This document shows positions 1-10,899 of a stretch of DNA of 64,000 nucleotides, piece by piece. Position 1 is the first letter of the stretch. Each line of letters opens with the position of its first letter. Below the pieces are notes generated by a model. The model was not told where the DNA came from and did no database searches. It saw only the letters and a program-made list of their open reading frames with translations. The translations under genes and the position numbers were made by a program. Source of the stretch: Euryarchaeota archaeon SM23-78 (GTDB lineage Archaea > Nanobdellota > Nanobdellia > Woesearchaeales > SM23-78); assembly GCA_001595785.1 (NCBI GenBank), contig LSSJ01000002.1:22224-86223 (forward strand), in the 5' to 3' direction.

Positions 1-1
1 A

Positions 2-268
2 AGAAAACAAGAGGTAAAATCTGAAGCTTCAGGAAAAGCAGATGGGGTGGCTCAAGATAAGCAAGTAAAAAAAGAAAAAACAGGTCTAAGGGATGTGTTA
101 AAAAGAAGAAGGATAATAACTAAAAGGCTTAGTGATGAAGAGGAAGCTGAACCTAAAGAAGAAAAAAAGGATGATAAAAAAGAAGTACAACAGAAATCAA
201 AGATTTCTGAGGGTTCCTACGGAACCAAACAAGAAAAAAAGCAAGAACCCAAGGAAACAAAAGAATAA
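2..268 (+). CDS. 3' end of a CDS that begins upstream of the window; Lys/Glu-rich low-complexity tail
   Basis: Frame is open from window position 2 to the TAA at 266-268. The ATG at 47 is therefore probably internal. Confidence 0.35.
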   Translation, partial: RKQEVKSEASGKADGVAQDKQVKKEKTGLRDVLKRRRIITKRLSDEEEAEPKEEKKDDKKEVQQKSKISEGSYGTKQEKKQEPKETKE

Positions 269-302
269 GAAAATAACACTAAAAATTCAAAAAGGGCTGA
301 AA

Positions 303-632
303 ATGCATGAAACAAAAATAATAAAAGATATTCTTAAGCAAATAGTAAAGAAAGCCAAGGACAAAGATGTTAAATCAGCTACCATAGAGGTTGGACAACT
401 AGCTCCTATATCAGCTAAAAGATTAGGCGCCTTAATGAAGAGAATAGTTAATTTTAAGGTTATTATCAAACCTGTCAAAGCAAGGGTTAAGTGCAGGTGT
501 GGGTATAAAGGAGCACCAAAAATAATGTTTCGAGAACATGATTTCACTTTGTTTGAATGCCCGAGGTGTAAGAAAATACCAAGAGTACTACATGGCAAGA
601 ACATTTCTCTTAAAAAGATCAATGTCCATTAA
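303..632 (+). CDS. HypA/HybF-like small zinc-finger protein (110 aa)
   Basis: Starts MHE..., which is typical of HypA. Hydrophobic core pattern followed by CxCG...CPRC zinc ribbon (CRCGYKGAP...CPRCKK). The upstream part of track ORF 132-632 is K-rich noise from an A-rich region. Confidence 0.45.
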   Translation: MHETKIIKDILKQIVKKAKDKDVKSATIEVGQLAPISAKRLGALMKRIVNFKVIIKPVKARVKCRCGYKGAPKIMFREHDFTLFECPRCKKIPRVLHGKNISLKKINVH

Positions 633-660
633 AAACAATCAAACACACCACCACATTATA

Positions 661-756
661 TTCTAAAAGATATAATATAAACATAAATCGAAAAATTTAT
701 AAATAATCTCTTCTAAAAAGATTATATTATTATATCTAAAAAGATATAATAGATAT
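661..756. repeat. Three direct copies of TCTAAAA(A)GATATAAT-like motif in the intergenic region upstream of 787
   Basis: ttctaaaagatataatat (661-678), ttctaaaaagattatattat (711-730), tctaaaaagatataatagat (735-754). TATA-like cores. Possible repeated promoter or operator sites. Confidence 0.4.
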
Positions 757-786
757 TATAAGTAGTGAGGGTTAAGGGTTTTTATA

Positions 787-1380
787 GTGATTGGCAACGA
801 ATTAGAGCAAGAAATAATTAGCCTGTACTCCAAAGATATTAGTTCTCTCTACAGCATAAACCAGATAGCTCATAAGCTAGGAAAAAAATATCCATATATC
901 AATAAAAAAGTGACCTTACTAATAAAACACAATATTTTCAAAAAAACAATAATCGGAAGATCCTATTTGTGCTCACTAAATCTTGAGAATGATGAAACCA
1001 TCTATTTACTTATACTTAATGAGATAAGGAAAAAAAAGACTGAGCTCGAATTAAATCCGCAGCTACCAAATATACTGGAATATATCAATAAAGCAAGAAG
1101 AATATTAAACCTCCAAGTAGTGTTAAAAAGCAAAGAAAGAATCCTATTTGTACTTGAAAGCAAAGGTGACCAAGAACAGTTTGAAAAAGCCATAGTAAAA
1201 GATGTGATGAGAGGATACAAAACAGAGATATACATTAAAGAAGACTTTCTAAAAGAACTCTTGAAAAACAAGGAACTACAAGAAAAACACATCATTCTGT
1301 ATGGTTATGAAAGATATTATGATTATATCAGAGAGATAGAGGACGAACTAAAACTAAGGTATTCAAAGCTAGTACCATGA
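787..1380 (+). CDS. wHTH plus degenerate minimal-nucleotidyltransferase-like protein; paralog of 31078-31701
   Basis: GTG start preceded by GAGGGT. Shares CSLNLEN and ILYGYERYY blocks with the MNT protein at 31078-31701 (CSLNLKN, ILYGAETFW) but lacks the GS...DxD catalytic motif. Its stop overlaps the start of the giant gene (ATGA at 1377-1380). Confidence 0.5.
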   Translation: MIGNELEQEIISLYSKDISSLYSINQIAHKLGKKYPYINKKVTLLIKHNIFKKTIIGRSYLCSLNLENDETIYLLILNEIRKKKTELELNPQLPNILEYINKARRILNLQVVLKSKERILFVLESKGDQEQFEKAIVKDVMRGYKTEIYIKEDFLKELLKNKELQEKHIILYGYERYYDYIREIEDELKLRYSKLVP

Positions 1381-4300
1381 AACCTGACTCCAACAACAAA
1401 ATAAAGAGAAGCATGGTTTTGTTAGTAGTATTAGTGCTAGTTCTAACAGGTCTAACCTTAGCCCTTAGTCAAAACCAAACACCCCCCAAACTCCTCTATC
1501 TCTCAATTGAAAAATCAGCCTATGAAATAGGAGAAAAAGTAACCCTGATAATAACAGCGGACCCTCTTGATGCATATGAACTCAGTATTAACTCAGAAAA
1601 TAACCTATACAAATACAGCGGAGAACTACAAAATAATATAGACTTTTACCCCAAAGAACCAGGAGAGCACACTGTTGAACTAATCAGCAAAGCAAGTCAA
1701 GAGATAGCAGACTCTCTAAGCTTCATGGTTGCACAAACAAAAGAAACCAGTAAACCCAGCACGTCCAACATTATCATAACAGACAAACAAGAATATGTAA
1801 AAGGAGAAACTGTAACAGTAGTTGTCAATGTCCCTGACTCTGAAAACTATAAGCTCTACTATGAGTACAAAGAATTTATTCATAGATACATGGAAGACAT
1901 TACCCACATCAAGTTTGTGCCAATAGATCTAGGAACCCATTATCTTGTTCTAAAAGACAAGAATAACAATGAAATCGAGAGATATGAGTTTAAGGTTATT
2001 GGAGAAGAAGATATAGAGCAAACTAAAAACTTAAAGGAAAAAGTAAAAGATATAATAGAAGAACTAGGTACAATAGAAGAATTAAGGGAAATAGAAGAAC
2101 TAAAAGAAACAAATAAATCTGTAAGCATAAAGGATAGCACAGGAAGAATCAAAGATGCAATCCTGTCCTTCTTTGATAAACCCAACATGCAAGTTACAAC
2201 CGTCAGCACATTAACCACTTTTGACATCCCACGATTTGTAGAAAGCGTAGAGATTTCTCCCACAGATAATACTATTGAAAAGATAGAGATAAAAGGACTA
2301 AGAGGTGGGAATATAAATCTTGGCCTAGAAAAAGTACATCCACTAAAAAACTCAATTCGTGGAAAAATACCCGTAAAATCGTATGCAATTGACCCTACAG
2401 GCATGAACTTCACCAATGCCACAGTAACCCAGACAGCAACAGGAACAGAGCTCTGGAAATGCAAGGAGTATAATTTTGAAACCCAGACTTGTTATGGAAC
2501 ATGGGAAAAAGTAATGACCATAATCCCAGGACAGAACTATACGTTCATACTAACACCAGAAGACCCCTTATTCACAGAGACCAGGACAGATGTTACATGC
2601 AGTTGTCAAGACACAGATACAAACCCCCCAAGAGAAATGGGAAGAGCCTCATGTAATGTTTCTTGTCCAGTAACAATTGATGTGCCTGCTGGTGCACAAA
2701 CAGGATATTTGATTAACATGAGCTATGGAGTAAGCATAAGTATCACTGGAGGGGGTGTGAATGATGTTACAAGTGCTAGCCATAGAGGTAGATTTGACAG
2801 AGACCAGACCTATGGAAATGGAAATGAAGCTACTGTAGGCTCTTCAACATCGCAAGGTTCGATTACAACAACTTGGATTAATAATTCCTTACACACATCA
2901 GGAAGCGCTTCTTTTACTGAATTAACTTGTGATAACTGGGCTGATAACTGTACCTGGTATGTCTATTTAAGCAGCACAGTAGCTTTTGACCCTCCTGGAG
3001 CATCACAGAAAACTCTAACCACAAATATAAGCTTAATAAACATGAGTTATACATGGAATTATACAGAACCAGGAAATCTATCAATCACTCTTAACTGGCC
3101 TGACGGGGATTACATAAATTATAATAACATTACATTCAACTATACCCCTGTAAGCACGGTCAATCTTACCAATTGTACTTTGTATACTAACAGAACAGGG
3201 AGCTTTATAAATGAGAGCACAGATAGCTCTCCAGATAACAATCAATCAAACTACTTTAATCTTAGCTTTGGAAGCGATGGCAATTACAAGTGGAATGTGC
3301 TTTGTTATGATAGCGATAACAACTCTGTGTGGGCACCAAATAATTATACATTTACAATAGACACAGCAGATCCAACTGTTAATCTTGAAAAACCAGAAGA
3401 CGGCAATTATACTGATAAGAGTATTGTAACTTTCTACTACAATGTCTCTGATACAAACAACATAAAAAACTGTTCATTAATAATAGATGGAGCAATAGAC
3501 CAGACAGATACTAGTGTAACAAGAGATACAAGCCAGAACTTTGCAGCTTCACTTGATAACGGGGAGCACGCATGGGCAGTGTGGTGTTATGATTTAGCAA
3601 ACAATCTTGGGAAATCAGAGAACAGAACCATAAATGTTAGTGCTCCAAGAATGATATGGAAAGATAGGTGGTATGAGACAGGAACTGCTAATTATTCAGG
3701 AACAACAGCAGATATATCCCTTGCAAATCAAACAGATGGAGTCCAGAACCAAGCTTATTATAGTATTCCTGGTTCATCAACAATAACTCTTGTAAGTGCT
3801 TTCTCACCATATATAGGTGGAGACGGAGCATATATTGGCAGTGGCTCAACAGTCACGTTCAGAGCAGCTTTTGCAGCAGCTCAAAATAATGGTTATGTAA
3901 CCTGGTATCTTTATTCACAACATGCTAATGGTTCTCAAACTCAGATATGTAGTTTTGGAGACAACTCTTCAGGCGGTTCCCAAGTAGCTGTTATCACAGA
4001 AGAAACCTGCATTACCTCTTCTGACCATAAATTACTAGGGACAGACAGGCTAGAACTTAAAATCTATGTTTATAATTCACATCCAACTCAGAACAGAGCT
4101 GTAACACATCTTTTTGACCATGTTAACTCATATGTTAATATTGAAAACTTTATTAGCCTAGGACATCTAGAAGCAAACTTGATTGCTCCTGGTGTGGACC
4201 TCAATATAAGCCAGAACCAGACTTATAATCATACTTGTAACATCACCTGCGTCGGAGGAACTTGCCTGAATGTAAGTGTGTGGGCTCAGTACAACTCAAC

Positions 4301-5129
4301 CAGTCCGTCCAGCATATCCTGGACCAACATAAGCTCAACAGGCAACCTTGTGCTTAATGGTAGTGAAACTAATCCTCATAACATAGGAAATATTAACCAG
4401 ACAAGCACCAATACAACCTTTATTATTAAAGGAGACCAACCCTCAACAAATTATGTAAGGTGCTATGCAGAGTCAAAGTACTCAAGTGCTAGCAGCACTG
4501 ATTATAAGAAGATAATGGTAATAGATACAGAGCCACCGGAAATAAATATTTTAACTCCCTCAGACAACAACTATACTAAGAACAGCACCATAATATTCTA
4601 CTTCAATGTATCTGACCCCTCGGACATAAAGAACTGTCAGTTCATCCTTAACGGAACAGTAAATGATACCAAGAATTCAAGCGAAATAACTAATAATGCT
4701 GTCAACAACTTCACCATAAGTGGCTTTACCACAGGGATTTATAACTGGACTGTTAACTGTACAGATGTGTGGAACAACACAGGAAGAGCCACACCTCAAA
4801 GAACTTTGTACGTAGACCAAGCCTATCCCTGGATTAATCTTAACTATCCAGGGCAATGGGATGTGGTTGCTTATGAGACTGTTAACTTTAACTGGACAGC
4901 AAATGATAATTATAATAATATTAACCTAACATGTGATTTATATGTAAATGGTGCTCTTAATCAGTCCGGAATCCAATCTCCAGAAGGAGTCCCAACTAAC
5001 TGGACAGTCACTAATTTCCCTATTGGAAATCATACCTGGTATGTGAACTGCTCTGACCAAGCAGGCAACTGGAACTGGAGCGTGACCAGAAACTTCACTA
5101 TAGTTGATACCTCGCAACAATCAGATTAA
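1377..5129 (+). CDS. Giant sequon-rich surface protein, N-terminal part (signal peptide, conserved N-module, HYR/Ig-like repeats); likely the 5' portion of one gene continued by 5104-10719
   Basis: Signal/TM MVLLVVLVLVLTGLTLALS. ELWKCK...GTWEKVM..IPGQNYTF.LTPEDP module shared with 32345 and 56638 genes. Repeats with D.T.P...F.Y..SD...NC.L..NG....NNFT....G.Y.W.V.C.D..GN. Very many N-x-S/T sequons. Ends TAA at 5127-5129 in mid-repeat. Confidence 0.75.
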   Translation: MKPDSNNKIKRSMVLLVVLVLVLTGLTLALSQNQTPPKLLYLSIEKSAYEIGEKVTLIITADPLDAYELSINSENNLYKYSGELQNNIDFYPKEPGEHTVELISKASQEIADSLSFMVAQTKETSKPSTSNIIITDKQEYVKGETVTVVVNVPDSENYKLYYEYKEFIHRYMEDITHIKFVPIDLGTHYLVLKDKNNNEIERYEFKVIGEEDIEQTKNLKEKVKDIIEELGTIEELREIEELKETNKSVSIKDSTGRIKDAILSFFDKPNMQVTTVSTLTTFDIPRFVESVEISPTDNTIEKIEIKGLRGGNINLGLEKVHPLKNSIRGKIPVKSYAIDPTGMNFTNATVTQTATGTELWKCKEYNFETQTCYGTWEKVMTIIPGQNYTFILTPEDPLFTETRTDVTCSCQDTDTNPPREMGRASCNVSCPVTIDVPAGAQTGYLINMSYGVSISITGGGVNDVTSASHRGRFDRDQTYGNGNEATVGSSTSQGSITTTWINNSLHTSGSASFTELTCDNWADNCTWYVYLSSTVAFDPPGASQKTLTTNISLINMSYTWNYTEPGNLSITLNWPDGDYINYNNITFNYTPVSTVNLTNCTLYTNRTGSFINESTDSSPDNNQSNYFNLSFGSDGNYKWNVLCYDSDNNSVWAPNNYTFTIDTADPTVNLEKPEDGNYTDKSIVTFYYNVSDTNNIKNCSLIIDGAIDQTDTSVTRDTSQNFAASLDNGEHAWAVWCYDLANNLGKSENRTINVSAPRMIWKDRWYETGTANYSGTTADISLANQTDGVQNQAYYSIPGSSTITLVSAFSPYIGGDGAYIGSGSTVTFRAAFAAAQNNGYVTWYLYSQHANGSQTQICSFGDNSSGGSQVAVITEETCITSSDHKLLGTDRLELKIYVYNSHPTQNRAVTHLFDHVNSYVNIENFISLGHLEANLIAPGVDLNISQNQTYNHTCNITCVGGTCLNVSVWAQYNSTSPSSISWTNISSTGNLVLNGSETNPHNIGNINQTSTNTTFIIKGDQPSTNYVRCYAESKYSSASSTDYKKIMVIDTEPPEINILTPSDNNYTKNSTIIFYFNVSDPSDIKNCQFILNGTVNDTKNSSEITNNAVNNFTISGFTTGIYNWTVNCTDVWNNTGRATPQRTLYVDQAYPWINLNYPGQWDVVAYETVNFNWTANDNYNNINLTCDLYVNGALNQSGIQSPEGVPTNWTVTNFPIGNHTWYVNCSDQAGNWNWSVTRNFTIVDTSQQSD

Positions 5130-8100
5130 CAATTTCACTGTGAGCAACCTTGCAGAAGGCCTGCATAACTGGACAGTGTCTTGCCTAGATACAGGTAATC
5201 TTAGTGACATGGCAGCCTGGAGAAACTTCACAGTAGATCTAACAAACCCAAAAACTTTCCTAAACTATCCAAATCCTGACCAGACCTTGACAAGCGGTGA
5301 TGTGCAGTTTAATTATACATCCACAGATAACATGGCCCTAACCCTGAGCTGCGAGTTATTTATTGACAGTAATTCTGAGAGTAATGACACAGCAAACAAT
5401 GCAACACCAGAGCTGGTAAACATAAATAACATAGCAGATGGGCTACACGATTGGAATGTTACTTGTACTGACTATGCCGGACGCATAAATAATAGTGAAA
5501 TAAGAAATTTTACTATTAATGAAACTCCAATAGTAAACCTAGGAGTACCAGGTCCCTGGAGTATTAACAATGAAAACATTACTTTCACCTACACTCCAAG
5601 TGATAATGACGGATTTATTAACTGTACTATCTATCTTGATGGCAGTCCAAACGCGACCAACACCTCGATTAATAATGGAGTGCTTAATAATTTCACAATA
5701 AAGAACATTCCAGAAGGAAACCACACCTGGTACATAGGCTGCTATGATAATGGAACATATAATAATTATCAAATTTCAACAATAAGAAACTTCACAGTTG
5801 ACACCACAAACCCAACCCTAGTGCTTAACTCTCCAGACCCTGATGAACTGATACCCAGCGCTCAGGTTGACTTTAACTGGACAGCAAATGATACCCTTGA
5901 CAACCAACTAGACTGCGACTTATACATACAAGAAAGTTATAATCAGACAGTGCTATCAGATGCAGGCAACTATACAATTGTAAGTCTGAATTTCACCAAT
6001 GGCAGGTATAACTGGAGTGTTATCTGCTATGATGATGCAAACAACTATAATGCAAGCGCAACCAGATGGTTCAATGTAAGTGTCCCCCCAAGTGTTAACC
6101 TAACCTATCCTGACCCTAATGAACACTTTAACTATGATGACCTATTATTTGAGTACATACCCAGTGCAAATACCAACATAACCAATTGTACCTTATTCAT
6201 AGATGGAGTGGAGAATGCAACCAACTCAAGTATCACCCTTGACACTTATAATTATATCTGGGTGAACTTCACATCCAGCTGGGAAGGAAAGCATAACTGG
6301 ACAGTCAGATGCATAGATGCTGACGACTTAGAAGGATGGGGAACCACACGTGACTTCTATCTAGACTTTACAGAGCCAAACATACAGCTTAACGACCCAG
6401 GTGATAACACTACAGTAACAAGAAACAGGGTTGTATTTAACTTTACAGCAACAGACAGCTTTTCAAATTATACAATATGTAATGTGACTGTTAGTGGTGT
6501 GCCTGAAGGAACCAACCTTAATGCAACAAATAGCACTCCAAGACTCTTTAACAAAACCTTTCCAGACGGAAACTACTCATGGTATGTCACCTGCTATGAT
6601 ATTGCAGGGAACTACAATGTTAGTGAGACATGGAACTTCACAATAATAGCGCCGCCAAACGTAACCCTGATAAAACCAGCAACTGGCAACTTCACTAATG
6701 AGACCATTGTAACTCTTACTTACTGGCCTCAGGATGATTATGTAATACCCAACTGTTCCCTGCATCTGAACGGAAGCTATTATACAAATGATGACAGTAT
6801 AAACACTAATCAAAACAATTCATTTGTCCTTAATGGCCTAGCAGAGGGATACTATAACTGGACTGTTTACTGTAGAGACCAAGATAATAATGTTTATGCA
6901 CCTCCTGAATGGAACTTCACAATAGATAGAACACCGCCCGGTCTTACCTTACTCTTACCAGTTCCCGGAGCCCTGCTCACCACAGAGGATGTAGTATTTA
7001 ATTTCTCAGTAACAGACAACCTTGACCTTGATATATACTGCAACTTAACTCTTAATGGAAGTGTTAATGAGAGCAACATCCCGCTAAGCAATAACTCTTA
7101 CTACAACACCACTATTAATAATCTGAAAGACGGGTTTTATCTCTGGAATGTAACTTGCTGGGACACTGCAGAGAACAAGAACTATTCAGAGACCAGGAAC
7201 TTTACTGTAGAGTCACCTCCAACAATAGCGCTTGGAAATCCTCCTCAGAATTACAGAACCGATAATACAAGTATTAACTTTTACTTTACTCCCACAGACA
7301 ATTCAGGAAACATCAGCAACTGTACCTTGATTCTTAATGGACAGGCTAACGAGACTCTGGATAATGTGACAGAAGGAGCACAGAACAACATAACAGTGCA
7401 TAATCTGAATGATGGCACATATAACTGGACTGTTAATTGTACAGACCCAAATGGAAATATAGGTACGAATACCAGTGTTAAAACCTTTTATGTAGATTTA
7501 ACAGGACCTAACATCACTTTGTACTTCCCAGAGCCAGAACAAATCTTTGGTTATGATGATATAACCTTTAACTGGACAGCAACAGACTTTAACAACACCA
7601 ACATAACATGTAATCTAACCCTTGACACTAATGGAACAGTAGCCACTGTTACTAATCTAAGTGGTTCAAAGTTTATTACAACAATAAACGGGCTTCCTTG
7701 GGGGGACCATTACTGGAATGTAACTTGTTTTGATGATCTGTGGAATAACCAGAGCAGTGAAACCAGAAACTTTACTATTACAAGGCCTGATCTTACCATC
7801 AATACTGGTAATATCACCTTTAACAACACAAATCCTGATGAAAATGATACTATACTAATAAATGCTACAATTTATAATCTTGGCGGAGCAGATGCAAATG
7901 ATACTTTAATACAATTTTGGGATGGAGAGCCAGGCAGTGGAGGAGTATGGATAGCTAATAGAACAAGAGATATCCCCGGCAACACTAGCAGATGGGTTAA
8001 TGCAACCTGGAACATAAGCTTAGGCTTGCACACAATCTGGATTGTTATAGACCCAAATGATGTTCTTGATGAGTTAAATGAGAGTAATAATAATGCTACC

Positions 8101-10719
8101 AGAAACATCAGTATTCTAAGAGTATTCTTTAATTCTCCTCCAAACCAAACAATGACCAATGATACAACGCCAGAGATTAACTTTACAATGCAAGACTTTA
8201 CAGGAGGAACCATAAATTATACCATCTATGTTGATGGAATCCCTAATGGTCAAACAGGAAGCTCAACAGATAATGTGAGCGTAGCCATAAACCTAAGCGT
8301 GCTCAGTGATGGTTATCATAACATTACTGTTCAAGCCACAGATGAGCTTGGTAGAGATAAGAACTCAAGCATCCTTGTGCTCATAATTGATTCTCTGGCG
8401 CCTGTGGTTAACTTTGAAACCCAGAACCTAACCTGGTTTAACACCAGCAACCCAAATATATATTTCAATATAACAGACCAGGTAGATAGTAATATCAACT
8501 ACTCATTATATGTAAATGGAACCTTTCAGAAAGCCAGTAACATATCAAATGCGACCACAACCAATGAAACCATAGGGCCTTTAGCTGACGCTAACTACAC
8601 CATAACCATACAAGCAACAGATAATGCAAATAACTCTCAGAATTACTCAATAATAATCTATGTTGATACAAAAGCACCAGTAATAAACCTAACCTATCCT
8701 GTGGATGGAGCTAACTTTACAACCAATAGTGTTTATCTTAACTTCACAGCAACAGACAACATGGATCCCTCCTTGACGTGTAATCTGACTCTTGATGGTC
8801 AGGTTAATAGAACCAGGTTTGAAGCTAATAATGGAGAAGAAACAGCAACCCTAGTAAATGGCTTGAGTGAAGGAACCCATTACTGGAATGTTACTTGCTG
8901 GGACAATGCAAGTAACAGGAATTATAGTGAAACAAGAAGCTTTAATATATTCAATGCTCCAATAGTAAACTTAACCTTTCCTCCTAATGGGAATGTAACC
9001 AACAACCCCAACCAAACCTTCTACTTCAACGTGAGCGATGAAACAGGCATCTTTAACTGCTCACTCATATTAAACGGAGCAATCAACACCACCAAACCAG
9101 GAAGCCAAATAATAAACAACAACATAAACAACTTCACAGTCAACAACCTTGATGGTTTCTATAACTGGAGCGTAAGGTGTTATGATAATACATCATTCAA
9201 AGTTCAAGGTGATTCTGAGACCTGGAATATAACCATAGATCTTTATCCTCCTTACCCAAACATAACAACTGCTAATTATTCATGGTTTAACACAACCAAT
9301 CCATCTATAGACTTCATAATAACAGATAACTTTGCAAATCCAATTAATTATACTTTCTATGTGAATGGAAGCGCAAATGCTAGTGGTACTATTGGTAATA
9401 ATACCCCAAGCAGTGCCAACCTCCAAGACTTAAATGACAATGCAAGCTTTAGAATAGTACTCCAGGCAACCGACGAAGTAGGTAACTCTGCTAATAGCAC
9501 AAGCATAATAATCTATGTTGATACTGAGAGACCAAGCATCAACCTAACAATTCCAATCCCTGGAGAGAGTTTCAACACAACAATTGTGCAGTTCAACTTC
9601 ACAGCAACAGATAACATGGCAAGCTACTTGATGTGTAACTTGACCATTAGTAATGGGATGTATGAGTACAACATCAATGCCACAAACAGTACAATGCAAA
9701 CTGTGAATAAGTCAGGGTTTGAGTCAGGACTCTACTATTGGAATGTGACTTGTATAGATCTTGCTGGCAACAGAAACACAAGCCCAACCTGGAACTTCAC
9801 AGTACTAGCGCCTGACCTTATAATAACAAGCGGAAATATATCCTTTAATGACACCTCGCCAGAAGAAGGCAAGAATATCACCATATTTGCAAATATATAC
9901 AACAACGGAGGAAGCCCTGCTTATAATGTAACTGTGCAGTTCTGGCAAGGAGACCCTGACCTGGGAGGAACCCAGATTAATGGTAACCAAACAATAAGCA
10001 CTCTTGTTAATGGAGAGAATTTCACTCTTAATATTACTTATAACACAAGCATAGGAGGCAATAATATCTTTGTAGTTGTTGACCCGCCCTTAGCAACCAA
10101 TGGAAGTATTATAGAGGAGAATGAGAGTAATAACAAGGCAAATAATTCTTTTAGTGTAAGCCTATATCATGTATATGCAGGAAATACCACAGAAGTAATA
10201 GATATGGAAAAGCAGAGTATAAATATATCCTTGTTTCAATGGAATGTTAGTAATGCAACTGGTAGCAATATATTTGTAACTGATATAGAGGCTAATCCTG
10301 ACTTTACAAATCTGCAGGCCATAAGCAGGGACACAGGCAACAACTCAGTAGGCAATGACTTTGAAGAGATAGACGCTGCTTTTGGCTCAACCAATTATTC
10401 TGATTCAATTAATTACACCTATACTTTGAATGGAAATCCAAGAGCAACCAAGAGTTACAAAGTATTTACCATGACCATAAACAATGTTCCAATAGTCAAT
10501 AGCACAACTACGCGTAGTTTCCAGACAGGCATACTTTGGGATAAAGGGGATGGAAATAATCAGTATAATGGAACCCAGGACTTGTTGTTTATAACAGAGA
10601 TTAACAAGAGCAAGCAAGGAAGCCAAGGAGTGTATGATTTTGAGATAAAAGTGCCTGCTCTGCTAAGGAATTATAATGCTCCAGGTTCAAGTGTGGTGTT
10701 TTACACTGAGATAAAATGA
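5104..10719 (+). CDS. Giant surface protein, C-terminal part (HYR/Ig-like repeats, two CARDB-like domains, conserved C-terminal domain); no signal peptide, likely continuation of 1377-5129 after a frameshift
   Basis: Opens with TTG immediately after an in-frame TAG and starts inside a repeat unit (NNFTVSNLAEGLHNWTVSCLD). CARDB-like segments (…LGGADANDTLIQFWDGEP… VIDPNDVLDELNESNNNAT; …VVVDPPLATNGSIIEENESNN). C-terminus YDFEIKVP...VVFYTEIK is homologous to the C-termini of 32345-37537 and of the small secreted family. Confidence 0.7.
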   Translation: MIPRNNQINNFTVSNLAEGLHNWTVSCLDTGNLSDMAAWRNFTVDLTNPKTFLNYPNPDQTLTSGDVQFNYTSTDNMALTLSCELFIDSNSESNDTANNATPELVNINNIADGLHDWNVTCTDYAGRINNSEIRNFTINETPIVNLGVPGPWSINNENITFTYTPSDNDGFINCTIYLDGSPNATNTSINNGVLNNFTIKNIPEGNHTWYIGCYDNGTYNNYQISTIRNFTVDTTNPTLVLNSPDPDELIPSAQVDFNWTANDTLDNQLDCDLYIQESYNQTVLSDAGNYTIVSLNFTNGRYNWSVICYDDANNYNASATRWFNVSVPPSVNLTYPDPNEHFNYDDLLFEYIPSANTNITNCTLFIDGVENATNSSITLDTYNYIWVNFTSSWEGKHNWTVRCIDADDLEGWGTTRDFYLDFTEPNIQLNDPGDNTTVTRNRVVFNFTATDSFSNYTICNVTVSGVPEGTNLNATNSTPRLFNKTFPDGNYSWYVTCYDIAGNYNVSETWNFTIIAPPNVTLIKPATGNFTNETIVTLTYWPQDDYVIPNCSLHLNGSYYTNDDSINTNQNNSFVLNGLAEGYYNWTVYCRDQDNNVYAPPEWNFTIDRTPPGLTLLLPVPGALLTTEDVVFNFSVTDNLDLDIYCNLTLNGSVNESNIPLSNNSYYNTTINNLKDGFYLWNVTCWDTAENKNYSETRNFTVESPPTIALGNPPQNYRTDNTSINFYFTPTDNSGNISNCTLILNGQANETLDNVTEGAQNNITVHNLNDGTYNWTVNCTDPNGNIGTNTSVKTFYVDLTGPNITLYFPEPEQIFGYDDITFNWTATDFNNTNITCNLTLDTNGTVATVTNLSGSKFITTINGLPWGDHYWNVTCFDDLWNNQSSETRNFTITRPDLTINTGNITFNNTNPDENDTILINATIYNLGGADANDTLIQFWDGEPGSGGVWIANRTRDIPGNTSRWVNATWNISLGLHTIWIVIDPNDVLDELNESNNNATRNISILRVFFNSPPNQTMTNDTTPEINFTMQDFTGGTINYTIYVDGIPNGQTGSSTDNVSVAINLSVLSDGYHNITVQATDELGRDKNSSILVLIIDSLAPVVNFETQNLTWFNTSNPNIYFNITDQVDSNINYSLYVNGTFQKASNISNATTTNETIGPLADANYTITIQATDNANNSQNYSIIIYVDTKAPVINLTYPVDGANFTTNSVYLNFTATDNMDPSLTCNLTLDGQVNRTRFEANNGEETATLVNGLSEGTHYWNVTCWDNASNRNYSETRSFNIFNAPIVNLTFPPNGNVTNNPNQTFYFNVSDETGIFNCSLILNGAINTTKPGSQIINNNINNFTVNNLDGFYNWSVRCYDNTSFKVQGDSETWNITIDLYPPYPNITTANYSWFNTTNPSIDFIITDNFANPINYTFYVNGSANASGTIGNNTPSSANLQDLNDNASFRIVLQATDEVGNSANSTSIIIYVDTERPSINLTIPIPGESFNTTIVQFNFTATDNMASYLMCNLTISNGMYEYNINATNSTMQTVNKSGFESGLYYWNVTCIDLAGNRNTSPTWNFTVLAPDLIITSGNISFNDTSPEEGKNITIFANIYNNGGSPAYNVTVQFWQGDPDLGGTQINGNQTISTLVNGENFTLNITYNTSIGGNNIFVVVDPPLATNGSIIEENESNNKANNSFSVSLYHVYAGNTTEVIDMEKQSINISLFQWNVSNATGSNIFVTDIEANPDFTNLQAISRDTGNNSVGNDFEEIDAAFGSTNYSDSINYTYTLNGNPRATKSYKVFTMTINNVPIVNSTTTRSFQTGILWDKGDGNNQYNGTQDLLFITEINKSKQGSQGVYDFEIKVPALLRNYNAPGSSVVFYTEIK

Positions 10720-10899
10720 TGATTAAAAGAATAATAATTAAAATACCAGTTGTTAAGAATTATAAAAATAACAATAAACTCAAAAATGGAAATTATCCAG
10801 AAAGTTATGATTTTATCCTAAATTTAAACTGTTGATAATTTGATAACAATATTTAAATAGATAGAAATCAAGGAGATAAGATGAAAAGAGGTGTGAAAA

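Noticed and set aside
132-302. N-terminal 57 aa of track ORF 132-632 (K-rich)
   Set aside because: Product of an A-rich stretch. The real gene most likely starts at ATG 303 (MHE…). The K-rich part is also read in another frame by the upstream partial gene.
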